Source: Candidatus Moranbacteria bacterium CG06_land_8_20_14_3_00_40_12 (lineage in GTDB: Bacteria; Patescibacteriota; Minisyncoccia; Moranbacterales; UBA2206). Taken from it: a DNA stretch of 37,081 nt. The translations under genes and the position numbers were made by a program. The notes under the pieces were generated by a model. It ran no database searches, was not told where the DNA came from, and saw only the letters and a list, made by a program, of their open reading frames with translations. The stretch lies in NCBI GenBank assembly GCA_002780175.1, contig PEVT01000008.1:1-37081 (forward strand). Reading direction: 5' to 3'. Every line of letters begins with the position of its first letter. Position 1 is the first letter of the stretch. This document shows positions 1-8,217 of this stretch, one piece after another.

Positions 1-4
1 TAAT

Positions 5-197
5 CTGTAGACAAATCCCAAAACTAGGAGCCTTGGGGAAGAAACAGTGTCGAGGAATAGTCCAGCCGAAACCGAACTACCCGTATCTTGGCAAAAAAGT
101 TCCCAAAATTGATGACAAAAGATAGAAGCCACCAATTGTCTACAGTTTACTGCTAATCATCTGAAAAGGCTCTTGGTATAAGGCTTTTCAAAGATGA
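5..197 (-). ncRNA. Putative structured RNA or long leader (5' hairpin plus a multibranch domain)
   Basis: Helices (+ coordinates): 157-197 hairpin; 136-145 with 5-14 (perfect 10 bp); 128-135 with 109-116; 55-82 with a UUCG loop on the - strand; 17-37. Several stems need G-U pairs that form only on the - strand. It starts just downstream of a consensus promoter. Confidence 0.55.
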
Positions 198-203
198 CTC
201 GCC

Positions 204-232
204 ATACTAGCATAACTTCCAAAATTTGTCAA
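204..232 (-). promoter_or_regulatory. Sigma70 promoter TTGACA-N17-TAGTAT with extended TG
   Basis: tgtcaa at 227-232 is TTGACA on the - strand; atacta at 204-209 is TAGTAT; the spacer is 17 bp; TGn precedes the -10. Confidence 0.75.
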
Positions 233-236
233 ATTG

Positions 237-245
237 TGCTATTAT
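237..245 (+). promoter_or_regulatory. Extended -10 promoter (TGcTATTAT) for the ruvB block
   Basis: TG-C-TATTAT at 237-245, back to back with the - strand promoter. Confidence 0.5.
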
Positions 246-267
246 GAGCATACCCTGAAGAAACTAT

Positions 268-412
268 TGAAGAATATGAATTTTTGAGAAATTCCTGTTT
301 GAAAACTCGAATTTTCTCCAAAAATTTTCCAAGGCTGCCGTCGAGTGTGGGGAAATTTTTGGCCAGAAAATTCCGGGTTCGAGTTTAATTTCGAGAAAAT
401 TTATATTCTTCA
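268..412 (+). ncRNA. Long rod-like hairpin upstream of ruvB (leader RNA, sRNA or MITE)
   Basis: 268-284 pairs with 396-412 (17 bp, one G-U). Inner stems: aaactcgaa/ttcgagttt, ttttct/agaaaa, ccaaaaattttcc/gggaaatttttgg. Confidence 0.45.
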
Positions 413-441
413 GCTATTTATATAAAATAACCTCTTTTTTT

Positions 442-1497
442 ATGACCGTTATTGAATCCGAAGAAAAAAACTTATCCCCTTTAAAAACCGCTCTTTCCAA
501 AAGCGCCACGGCTGTAGATAAAAACTTAGATTTGACGCTGCGTCCGCAAAATTTTAAGGAATATATCGGCCAGGAAAAAATCAAAAAGAGTTTAGGCATT
601 CTTTTGGGCGCGGCTAAAAAAAGACAAGAACCGATTGAACACATTTTGCTTTATGGTCCGGCCGGATTGGGGAAAACCACGCTGGCTAACATTATCGCCA
701 AAGAAATGGGGGCTAACATCAAAACCACTTCCGGACCGGCCATTGAAAGAGTGGGAGATTTCGGTTCGATTCTGACTAATTTGCAAGACGGCGACATTTT
801 GTTTATTGACGAAATCCATCGGCTCAACAAATTGATTGAAGAAATTCTTTATCCGGCGATGGAAGATTTCAAACTGGATATTATTATCGGCAAAGGGCCG
901 TCCGCCCGGACCATCCAGCTGGACTTGCCCAAATTCACTTTGATCGGAGCCACCACTAAATTAGGCTCGCTTTCCAATCCTCTGCGCAATCGCTTCGGCG
1001 CCACTTACCGCCTGGATTTTTATCAAGACGCTGAAATCGAAAAAATACTTAACCGTTCCAGCCGGATTCTGGGCGTTGATATTGATCCTTCCGGCTTAAA
1101 AAAAATTTCCAGTTGCGCGCGCTGCACGCCCCGGGTGGCCAATCGCTTGCTCAAAAGAGTCCGGGATTTTTGCCAAATAAAAAACAAAAGGTCCGTTGAC
1201 AGCGCGGCGGCTTCGGAAGCGCTGGAAATGATCGATATAGATCACATCGGCCTGGAACAAGCCGACCGGGAAATTCTAAAAACCATCATTGAAAAATTCC
1301 AAGGCGGGCCGGTGGGCATCAACTCCATTGCCGCGGCTTCTTCGGAAGAAATTAAAACCATTGAAGATGTTTACGAGCCCTATCTGCTCCAGATCGGCTT
1401 TCTCAACCGGACTGCCAAAGGACGCGTCGCCACCCAAAAGGCTTACGAGCATCTGGGCTTATCCTTCCCGCATAAACAAGAACCTCTAACTTTATGA
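442..1497 (+). CDS. ruvB: Holliday junction branch migration helicase RuvB
   Basis: [12 protein letters not shown], Walker [36 protein letters not shown]. Confidence 0.98.
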   Translation: MTVIESEEKNLSPLKTALSKSATAVDKNLDLTLRPQNFKEYIGQEKIKKSLGILLGAAKKRQEPIEHILLYGPAGLGKTTLANIIAKEMGANIKTTSGPAIERVGDFGSILTNLQDGDILFIDEIHRLNKLIEEILYPAMEDFKLDIIIGKGPSARTIQLDLPKFTLIGATTKLGSLSNPLRNRFGATYRLDFYQDAEIEKILNRSSRILGVDIDPSGLKKISSCARCTPRVANRLLKRVRDFCQIKNKRSVDSAAASEALEMIDIDHIGLEQADREILKTIIEKFQGGPVGINSIAAASSEEIKTIEDVYEPYLLQIGFLNRTAKGRVATQKAYEHLGLSFPHKQEPLTL

Positions 1498-1718
1498 TTC
1501 AGTCGGTTATTACAATTTTATACGGCATTATCGTCCTGTCTTATGTTTTAGTTTCGCTTTTTATCATTTATCATATTTTCAACTATTCTTTTAATTCGGG
1601 CTTTAAGTTTTTCTCCCTTCTTATTTTTACGCTGGTTTCCGCCAGTTTGTTAATCACCAACTTAATGTTTTTTTGGGCGATTAATTGGTCAGAAATATTT
1701 TCCAAAATCATTACCTGA
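1494..1718 (+). CDS. Small two-TM membrane protein
   Basis: 74 aa with two hydrophobic stretches; ATGA overlap with the ruvB stop. Confidence 0.7.
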   Translation: MIQSVITILYGIIVLSYVLVSLFIIYHIFNYSFNSGFKFFSLLIFTLVSASLLITNLMFFWAINWSEIFSKIIT

Positions 1719-1723
1719 ATTTT

Positions 1724-2278
1724 ATGCCTAATTACGAAAAATTTCATTTTTCCGGACAAAAAGCCAACGAACAAATTATACTGATGGTCCGGCGGCACTG
1801 GTTTAACATTTTAGAGCAGTTTTTTATCGTGTTTTTAATGATTTTGCTTCTCTTGGGCAGTTGGATAATCTTGCCCCTCTTTTTTCCCGGTGTCATCGCT
1901 TCTTCATTGAATGTTCTTTTTAATTTTCTGCGGAATCTTTTCGGCATGTTTGTTTGGATAACTTTTTTTCTCATCTGGATCGATTATTATTTTGATGTCT
2001 GGATTATTACCAATAAACGGGTGGTGAATATTGAACAAAAGGGGCTGTTCAACCGCCAAGTGAGCGAGTTGGAATTGGCGCGCATCCAGGACATTACCAC
2101 GGAAGTCACCGGCGTCATTCCGACGATGCTCAATTACGGCGATGTTTTCATTCAGACCGCGGGAGAAAATCCGCGCTTCATTTTCCGCCAGGTTTCCGAT
2201 CCTTACGGCATCAAAGACACTTTAATGAATTTGCAAAAGAAAAGGAATCGGGAAGAAGCCAAAAATTCCAGAATTTGA
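1724..2278 (+). CDS. Bacterial PH-domain (bPH_2/YdbS-like) membrane protein
   Basis: RRHW, two TM segments, ITNKRVVNIEQKGLFNR, IQDIT, NYGDVFIQTAG. Start moved from TTG 1685 to ATG 1724, just after the upstream stop. Confidence 0.85.
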   Translation: MPNYEKFHFSGQKANEQIILMVRRHWFNILEQFFIVFLMILLLLGSWIILPLFFPGVIASSLNVLFNFLRNLFGMFVWITFFLIWIDYYFDVWIITNKRVVNIEQKGLFNRQVSELELARIQDITTEVTGVIPTMLNYGDVFIQTAGENPRFIFRQVSDPYGIKDTLMNLQKKRNREEAKNSRI

Positions 2279-2313
2279 TATTTCCGCTAAATATGAAGAA
2301 ATAAAAAAATTTT

Positions 2314-4476
2314 GTGAAGAGGAGGGCAAAAATTTTATTTTTTTTGTTTTTAATCCTGCTTTTTTTGGGAGGATTTTTTGGTTTTAGAAAAAATGTTTTG
2401 GCTAGTGATGCTTGCAATAATCATATTATAATCAGCGAAATTTATGGCGGAGGGGGAAATAGTGGCGCTACTTATAAAAATGACTTCATTGAATTATATA
2501 ATCCTACAACATCGGATATTGTTATTGATGGTTGGTCGGTGCAATACAACACTTCAGCATCTTCTGGAAACTTTTTAATTACAAAGTTAGATACAAAACT
2601 AGAGAATAATATTATAAAAGCTGGCGAATATTATTTAATTCAAGAGGCAAGTGGTAGTAGCGGCGTTGATTTACCAACAACCGATGCCAAGGGCAATATA
2701 GCTATGTCAGCAACTGCTGGAAAAGTTGCATTAGTTGATAACGCAGAAAAGATATCTACTATGAACGATGAAAATGTTGTGGATTTTGTCGGATATGGAG
2801 GTGCGGCAAATGAATTCGAAGGATTAAAATCAGCTCCTTCTCCAAATAATACACAGAGTATAGCCAGAAAAAGCAGCGTCTGTTTGGACAGTAATAATAA
2901 TGGCACTGATTTTACCGCACAAGATCCAACCCCTGGTGGTGAAAATGAAAAAATAATACCCGTTTGCGTAGATAAAATTATTTTATCTGAAATATATCCT
3001 TTTACCGGTGAATTTGTAGAAGTGGAAAATATTGGAGCTGAAACATGCAATTTGGCTGGGTGGAAAATAAGTGATGAGAAAAATAGCCCGCATGCATTTC
3101 CCGTAAATTCCCCCATTGAACCCGGCGGATATGTTGCACTTATAAAGGATTTTAATTTAAATAGTACTAGTGCAGATTCGGCACAATTATTTAATCCGAC
3201 TAATAGCGAACCAGTTGAAATTCGTTCGTATAAAACCCCCGAAAATAATAAATCCTATAGCAATGAAAAATCTGATGTGTGGAAATGGACATCTAAATCA
3301 ACATCTGGATTGGAAAATGTTTTCGATGAAGAAACGCCACCAACCATACCACCAAAAGACAATGATTACGCTGGAAAAATAAAAATCAATGAGGTTTTTC
3401 CTGCGCCAAAAGACAAAAATGCCGGCAAAGAATTTGTGGAAATAATCAATATTTCCAACGAGAATATTAACCTTTCTGGAATGCGGATTGAAGATGAAAA
3501 AAATCATAAAGTTTATTTTACTGAAAAAATATTAGCGCCAGGAGAAATAACTTATCTCGAAGGAAATTTTGAATTGAATAATACTACTCCGGATACAGCT
3601 TTTTTAATTGATAAAGATGGCATTAAAGAAAACTCTATAGATTCAGTGACCTATGAAAAGTCCCAATATGATTACGCCTATGCTTTTGACGGCACAACTT
3701 GGCGCTGGAACAATCTGTTAACGCCTGGCGAAAAAAATGAATTCGAAAAAAAATTGAAAGTATCTATCGTTAAAATTAAGGCCAATCCCAAGGGAAAAGA
3801 CGCTGATTTGGAAGAAGTTTATCTCCAAAATAAATCCCAGAAAAAAATCAATTTGAAAACTTGGAGTCTTGCCACCGGTTCCAAAACTTTATACAATCAT
3901 CCAATCACGAAAAATTTTATCCTTAAGCCGGGAAAAACGAAAAAAATCACTCGCAAATATTCGCTTTTTACTTTGAACAATAAAAAAGGCGCCATTGAAC
4001 TGCGTTATCCCAACGGCGCGGTGGCTTCCCGTGTCAAATACGATAAGAAAAAGGAGTCCGTCAAAGACGATGAGGTTTATGAGCTCTCCGGAAAAGATTG
4101 GCAATGGAACGCCCCCGTTGAAGAAATTCCGCAAGAAGAAACCGCCCGGATGGAAAATATTTCTCCTTCTGAAGAAAATCCGGAAAATATTAATCCAGAA
4201 ATTGCACCAGAAATATCCGAGGAAGAAATCACTCTTAACCTTGGAAAGTATTCGGCGGAAAATAAATTAGCTTTGGCGGAAATGGGATTTTTACCTGCTT
4301 CAGAAGATTTTCTCCAAAGCCGGGAAGCTCCAGGCGTAGTGCTGGGCGCTTTTTCTGCTCGCGCTGAAGTCCGCAAATCCATAGAAATAAAGTCAACTAC
4401 TGTTTGGCAAAGGGCTATGCAAAAAAGCAATCGGTTTTTTAATTTTTTAATCAATCGACTTGTAAATTTAATTTAA
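2314..4476 (+). CDS. Exported multi-lamin-tail-domain (LTD) protein
   Basis: N-terminal signal/TM; repeated LTD starts (IIISEIY..DFIELYN, IILSEIYP..EFVEVEN, IKINEVFP..EFVEIIN, ANPKG..EEVYLQN); acidic linker and VLG motif near the C-terminus. Confidence 0.85.
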   Translation: MKRRAKILFFLFLILLFLGGFFGFRKNVLASDACNNHIIISEIYGGGGNSGATYKNDFIELYNPTTSDIVIDGWSVQYNTSASSGNFLITKLDTKLENNIIKAGEYYLIQEASGSSGVDLPTTDAKGNIAMSATAGKVALVDNAEKISTMNDENVVDFVGYGGAANEFEGLKSAPSPNNTQSIARKSSVCLDSNNNGTDFTAQDPTPGGENEKIIPVCVDKIILSEIYPFTGEFVEVENIGAETCNLAGWKISDEKNSPHAFPVNSPIEPGGYVALIKDFNLNSTSADSAQLFNPTNSEPVEIRSYKTPENNKSYSNEKSDVWKWTSKSTSGLENVFDEETPPTIPPKDNDYAGKIKINEVFPAPKDKNAGKEFVEIINISNENINLSGMRIEDEKNHKVYFTEKILAPGEITYLEGNFELNNTTPDTAFLIDKDGIKENSIDSVTYEKSQYDYAYAFDGTTWRWNNLLTPGEKNEFEKKLKVSIVKIKANPKGKDADLEEVYLQNKSQKKINLKTWSLATGSKTLYNHPITKNFILKPGKTKKITRKYSLFTLNNKKGAIELRYPNGAVASRVKYDKKKESVKDDEVYELSGKDWQWNAPVEEIPQEETARMENISPSEENPENINPEIAPEISEEEITLNLGKYSAENKLALAEMGFLPASEDFLQSREAPGVVLGAFSARAEVRKSIEIKSTTVWQRAMQKSNRFFNFLINRLVNLI

Positions 4477-4485
4477 ATATTTTCC

Positions 4486-4514
4486 TTGAAATAAAGGTCT
4501 TTAAATGATAACAT
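4486..4514 (+). promoter_or_regulatory. Sigma70 promoter TTGAAA-N17-TAACAT (extended TG) for yebC-ruvC
   Basis: TTGAAA 4486-4491, TG 4506-4507, TAACAT 4509-4514. Confidence 0.5.
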
Positions 4515-4526
4515 TGAAATGTAAAT

Positions 4527-4581
4527 TAGATTGCCACGCCCCTTTAGGGCTCGCCTACCTACCGGCAGGCAGGCAATGACA
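4527..4581. repeat. Half copy of the TGTCAT...ATGACA palindromic element with a nested CCTACCTACCGGCAGGCAGG
   Basis: tagattgccacg...ctcg[4554-4573]caatgaca, matching the right arms at 31616-31680 and 32228-32272. Confidence 0.8.
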
Positions 4582-4597
4582 AAATAGAAATATTCGA

Positions 4598-4613
4598 TCC
4601 GCCAGTTGGCGGA
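4598..4613. repeat. Short GC-rich palindrome TCCGCCA-GT-TGGCGGA
   Basis: Perfect 7-bp inverted arms; a related tccgccttagcgga lies at ~25732. Confidence 0.55.
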
Positions 4614-4635
4614 CTAAATTCACAATTCTAAAACT

Positions 4636-5358
4636 ATGTCCGGACATTCTCATTGGGCTGGGATCAAGCATCGCAAGGGAATCAATGACGCCAAAAAGGG
4701 CCAGATTTTTACCAAGCACGGAAAATTAATTTCCATCGCGGCGAAAAATGGCGGTAGCGGCGATCCGGATTCTAATTTCCAGTTACGGCTGGCGATTGAA
4801 AGAGCGCGTCAAGATAATATGCCCAAAGAAAATATTGAAAAAGCTATCAAAAGAGGTACCGGCGAAATCAAGGGTCAATCTGAAATTCAGGAAATTATTT
4901 ATGAAGGCTACGGTCCGGGACAAGTCGCCTTGCTCATTAAAACCGCCACGGACAATAAAAATCGCGCTTTAGGAGAGATCCGCACGATTTTAATGAAAGC
5001 CGGCGGTAAATTGGTGCCGGCAGGTTCGGTAAGTTTTCTGTTTAACTTAGTCGGTGGCCTGGAAATAGCCATTGAGGATGAAAAGAAGGCTCCGGAAATG
5101 GAAATGAAAATTATTGAAGCCGGAGCGGATGATATGGAACGGCTGGAAAACAGCTTTTTAGCCATAACCGGGGCTTCTGAACTGCAAAGAGTTAAATATC
5201 TTTTGGAAAAAAATAGCTTAAAAATTGAAGGCGGCGGTTTAATATATCTGCCCCGGCAAAAAATTCAACTTAACGAAAAAGATCAAGCCGCTTACGAAAA
5301 ACTTCTGGAAGAACTGGATAATCAGGAAGATGTGCAAGAAATATATGACAATTTGTAA
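4636..5358 (+). CDS. yebC: YebC/PmpR family protein
   Basis: MSGHSHWAGIKHRKG, YEGYGPG, TDNKNR, DVQEIYDN; adjacent to ruvC. Confidence 0.95.
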   Translation: MSGHSHWAGIKHRKGINDAKKGQIFTKHGKLISIAAKNGGSGDPDSNFQLRLAIERARQDNMPKENIEKAIKRGTGEIKGQSEIQEIIYEGYGPGQVALLIKTATDNKNRALGEIRTILMKAGGKLVPAGSVSFLFNLVGGLEIAIEDEKKAPEMEMKIIEAGADDMERLENSFLAITGASELQRVKYLLEKNSLKIEGGGLIYLPRQKIQLNEKDQAAYEKLLEELDNQEDVQEIYDNL

Positions 5359-5377
5359 AATAAAGTTTACAAATTGT

Positions 5378-5492
5378 AAATGTCAAAATCCAAATTTCCA
5401 ATGACAAATAAAGCTCCAAATCTAAAGTTCAAAATTTTTGACATTTAATCATTGGGATTTTATTGGAAATTTGTCATTTGTTATTTGAAATT
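5378..5492. repeat. Degenerate 7-bp-period repeat tract followed by its inverted copy
   Basis: aatgtca/aaatcca/aatttcc/aatgaca..., then tgacatt/taatcatt/tgtcatt/tgttatt/tgaaatt. Inverted repeats 5378-5388/5436-5446 and 5391-5402/5462-5473. Confidence 0.7.
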
Positions 5493-5521
5493 ATAAAACT
5501 GAACCTATTTATTAAAAGCCT

Positions 5522-6025
5522 ATGAAAGAAAAAATCAAAACATACCCCGCTAAAACACTCCGAGTTATCGGCATCGATCCCGGCACCGCCACGACCGGCT
5601 GGGCGGTAGTGGAAAAAAGACAGGATCGGCTTTTTCCTCTGGGCTTTGGTTTTATCCAGACCGCCAAAGAGAAGACTGAATCGGAAAGACTCCTGGAAAT
5701 CAGCCTGGATTTAGAAAAAATCATTGATAAATTCCAGCCGCAAGAATCGGCGACCGAAAGAATTTTCTTGTTTAAAAATCAAAAAACCGTCATTCAGATT
5801 GGACAGGCCAGAGGAGCGATCTTATTGACTTTAGAGAAAAAAAACGTTAAGCTTTGGAGTTATACTCCGCTCCAAATCAAGCAAGCGGTAACCGGCTACG
5901 GCAGAGCGGAAAAAAAACAAGTTCAATTTATGGTGAAAAAAATCCTTAATCTAAAGTCCACGCCCAAGCCGGACGATGTGGCCGATGCTTTAGCTATCGC
6001 CATCTGCCATCTCAATAATCGCTAA
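5522..6025 (+). CDS. ruvC: Crossover junction endodeoxyribonuclease RuvC
   Basis: IGIDPGTATTGW, ERIF, GQARG, KQAVTGYGRAEK, PDDVADALAIAICH. Confidence 0.97.
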   Translation: MKEKIKTYPAKTLRVIGIDPGTATTGWAVVEKRQDRLFPLGFGFIQTAKEKTESERLLEISLDLEKIIDKFQPQESATERIFLFKNQKTVIQIGQARGAILLTLEKKNVKLWSYTPLQIKQAVTGYGRAEKKQVQFMVKKILNLKSTPKPDDVADALAIAICHLNNR

Positions 6026-6060
6026 TTTTTATTCGGGCCCAAAGCCCGGCAATTAAAAAT

Positions 6061-6717
6061 ATGGAAAACGACATTCATCCTATTATCAGCTTTTTTATCC
6101 GGGAAGGCGTGCCCCTGAAAACGGTTATTCTGATTTTAATGCTGCCGCTTATCGCCACCCTTATCGCTCTTTTGCGGCAAGTCTTTGGCGTCAAGGCTTT
6201 TGGAATTTACACGCCCCTCATTATCACTTTCGCTTTTTTAGCCACTAATGGCATCCGTTATGGCATTTTCATCTTCGTGGCCGTAATATTGTCCGGAATG
6301 ATTATGCGCTTCGTATTGAAACCTTTCCGCCTGCTCTATCTGCCTCGCGTCGCCATCATGATTTCCGTCGTAGCCATGGTGATCTTAATTATGCTTACTT
6401 TGGGGGGTAGTTTAAAAAGAACAGGACTGGCCGCGGTTTCTATTTTCCCAATCCTTATTATGATCACCTTAGTGGAAAAATTCATTGCTGTCCAAATCGA
6501 AAAAGGCAATAAGATCGCTTTCAAATTGGCCTTGGAAACTTTAGTCATTTCGATTGCCGGCTACTATCTGGCCAGCTGGGAATTCTTGATAAAATTTCTG
6601 GCAATCTATCCCTGGACGATTCTTTTCACTTTGCCGATTAATGTGCTGTTAGGCAAGTGGACTGGATTGCGCGTCAGCGAATATTTAAGATTTCGAGAAA
6701 TAATCAAAAAATCTTAA
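6061..6717 (+). CDS. 7TM protein (7TM_transglut type, normally fused to an inactive transglutaminase), standalone
   Basis: LMLPLIATLIALLRQVFGVKAFGIYTP, LLYLPR, FPILIMITLVEK, LGKWTGLRVSEYLRF; sits next to an ATP-grasp gene. Confidence 0.85.
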   Translation: MENDIHPIISFFIREGVPLKTVILILMLPLIATLIALLRQVFGVKAFGIYTPLIITFAFLATNGIRYGIFIFVAVILSGMIMRFVLKPFRLLYLPRVAIMISVVAMVILIMLTLGGSLKRTGLAAVSIFPILIMITLVEKFIAVQIEKGNKIAFKLALETLVISIAGYYLASWEFLIKFLAIYPWTILFTLPINVLLGKWTGLRVSEYLRFREIIKKS

Positions 6718-6732
6718 TTTCTTTTTTGTTTT

Positions 6733-8217
6733 ATGTTTGAATTTTTCCAAAAAAGCCGTTCGGTGCTGGGAATGAATGCCCGCAATTTGGAGTTTATTCG
6801 CCCCCACAATCCCAAGCGCGCTAAGGAAATCGCCGACAACAAGTTGCTTTGCAAAAGCGTTTTGAAAAAGAATGGCATTTTTGTATCCGGGTTGATCGCC
6901 AAGATTAAAACGGCCACAGAGTTAGAGGCCTTTGATTGGCAAACCCTGCCCAATAGTTTTGCCCTCAAGCCTAACCGCGGTTTTGGCGGTGAAGGCATTA
7001 TCGTGGTTTACGGCAAGAAAAAACCTGCCCGCCCGTCTGCTTCGATGAGCGAAACACTGCGGGCAGGTAATGGCTTCGCCACAGGCGACGCGGGCGGGAA
7101 CCATAATGATGCCTGGATCAAAGCCGACGGATCTTTGATAACCATTGATGATTTGAAAAATCATATCCGCAATATTATTGACGGCTCTTTTTCGCTTTCT
7201 AATATTCCCGACATTGCTTTTTTTGAAGAACGGCTGCAACTGCTTAGATTTTTTAAGCCTTATACTTACAAAGGCATTCCGGATATCCGGGTGATTGTTT
7301 TTAACAAAGTTCCGGTGATGGCTATGTTGCGGCTGCCCACCAAGGAATCTTCCGGCAAAGCCAATCTCCAGCAAGGCGCCATCGGCGCCGGCATTGATAT
7401 GTCTTCCGGCACTACCACGACCGCCATCCAAGGCAAAAGTGGATTTATCGACACCGTTCCCGGAACCAGACTGCTTTTAAGCGGTCTCAAGATTCCCTAT
7501 TGGAAAGATATTCTGACCTTATCCGTTAAAGCCCAAGAAGTTTCCGGTTTGGGTTTTTTAGGCGTGGATATCGCCATTGATAAAGAAAGAGGTCCGATAA
7601 TTTTGGAAATTAACGCCTACCCCGGTCTCTCTATCCAACTTTGCAATAAAACCGGCCTCAAGGAGCGCCTGGAGCGTGTGAGGGGCCTTCAGATAAAAAC
7701 TGTCGAAAAGGGCGTGCGCGTCGGCATGGAACTTTTTGGAGGAGAAATTGAGGAAGAAATGGAAAATATTTCCGGCAAAAAAATAGTCGGGTCTTCGGAA
7801 AAGATAAAATTTACGCTCCCGGACGGAAAAGAAATCGAAGTTTTGGCCAAAATCGATACCGGAGCCTATTCGACCTCCATAGATATAGAATTAGCCAAAC
7901 AATTGGGTTTTGGACCAACTCTGGAAAGTTTTTCTCAAATTGACCTTTCCGCCTATAAGCTTCTACCGGAAAATGAAAGCTTGATAAAAAAAGATTTTTT
8001 GGAAAAACATAAGGAAAAAATTCCTTTCTTGGAAGATGTGGCGGTTATTTTTTCTTCCAGTGGTTCTTCGCTTAGGCCGGTAGTAAAAATAGAATTTAAA
8101 TTGGACAATGAAATTGTTTCTTCTTCAGCCAACATTACTGATCGGAAAAACTTGAAATATCCAGTCATCGTCGGTAAAAAAGATCTAAGAAAATTTTTAA
8201 TTGATGTGAACAAATGA
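6733..8217 (+). CDS. Alpha-L-glutamate ligase-like ATP-grasp fused to a C-terminal RimB-like retropepsin (DTG) protease
   Basis: LGMNARN, DNKL, KPNRGFGGEGI, PDIRVIV, AMLRLPT, ANLQQGA, GVDI, LEINAYPGLSIQ; then AKIDTGAYSTSID...RPVV...DR..LKYPVIVGK. Confidence 0.88.
   Translation: MFEFFQKSRSVLGMNARNLEFIRPHNPKRAKEIADNKLLCKSVLKKNGIFVSGLIAKIKTATELEAFDWQTLPNSFALKPNRGFGGEGIIVVYGKKKPARPSASMSETLRAGNGFATGDAGGNHNDAWIKADGSLITIDDLKNHIRNIIDGSFSLSNIPDIAFFEERLQLLRFFKPYTYKGIPDIRVIVFNKVPVMAMLRLPTKESSGKANLQQGAIGAGIDMSSGTTTTAIQGKSGFIDTVPGTRLLLSGLKIPYWKDILTLSVKAQEVSGLGFLGVDIAIDKERGPIILEINAYPGLSIQLCNKTGLKERLERVRGLQIKTVEKGVRVGMELFGGEIEEEMENISGKKIVGSSEKIKFTLPDGKEIEVLAKIDTGAYSTSIDIELAKQLGFGPTLESFSQIDLSAYKLLPENESLIKKDFLEKHKEKIPFLEDVAVIFSSSGSSLRPVVKIEFKLDNEIVSSSANITDRKNLKYPVIVGKKDLRKFLIDVNK
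7024..7098. repeat. In-frame 75-bp palindromic insertion in the ATP-grasp gene
   Basis: CCTGCCCGC (7024) has two complementary partners, GCGGGCAGG (7059-7067) and GCGGGCGGG (7090-7098). GC-rich, exactly 25 codons (PARPSASMSETLRAGNGFATGDAGG). Confidence 0.75.

Noticed and set aside
1-412. tRNA, SRP RNA, tmRNA or RNase P RNA identity for the two structured regions
   Set aside because: No T-loop/cloverleaf, SRP loop motif, tmRNA ends or RNase P P4 consensus could be seen.
6034-6048. cgggc/gcccg hairpin after ruvC as a terminator
   Set aside because: Only a 5-bp stem with no following U tract.
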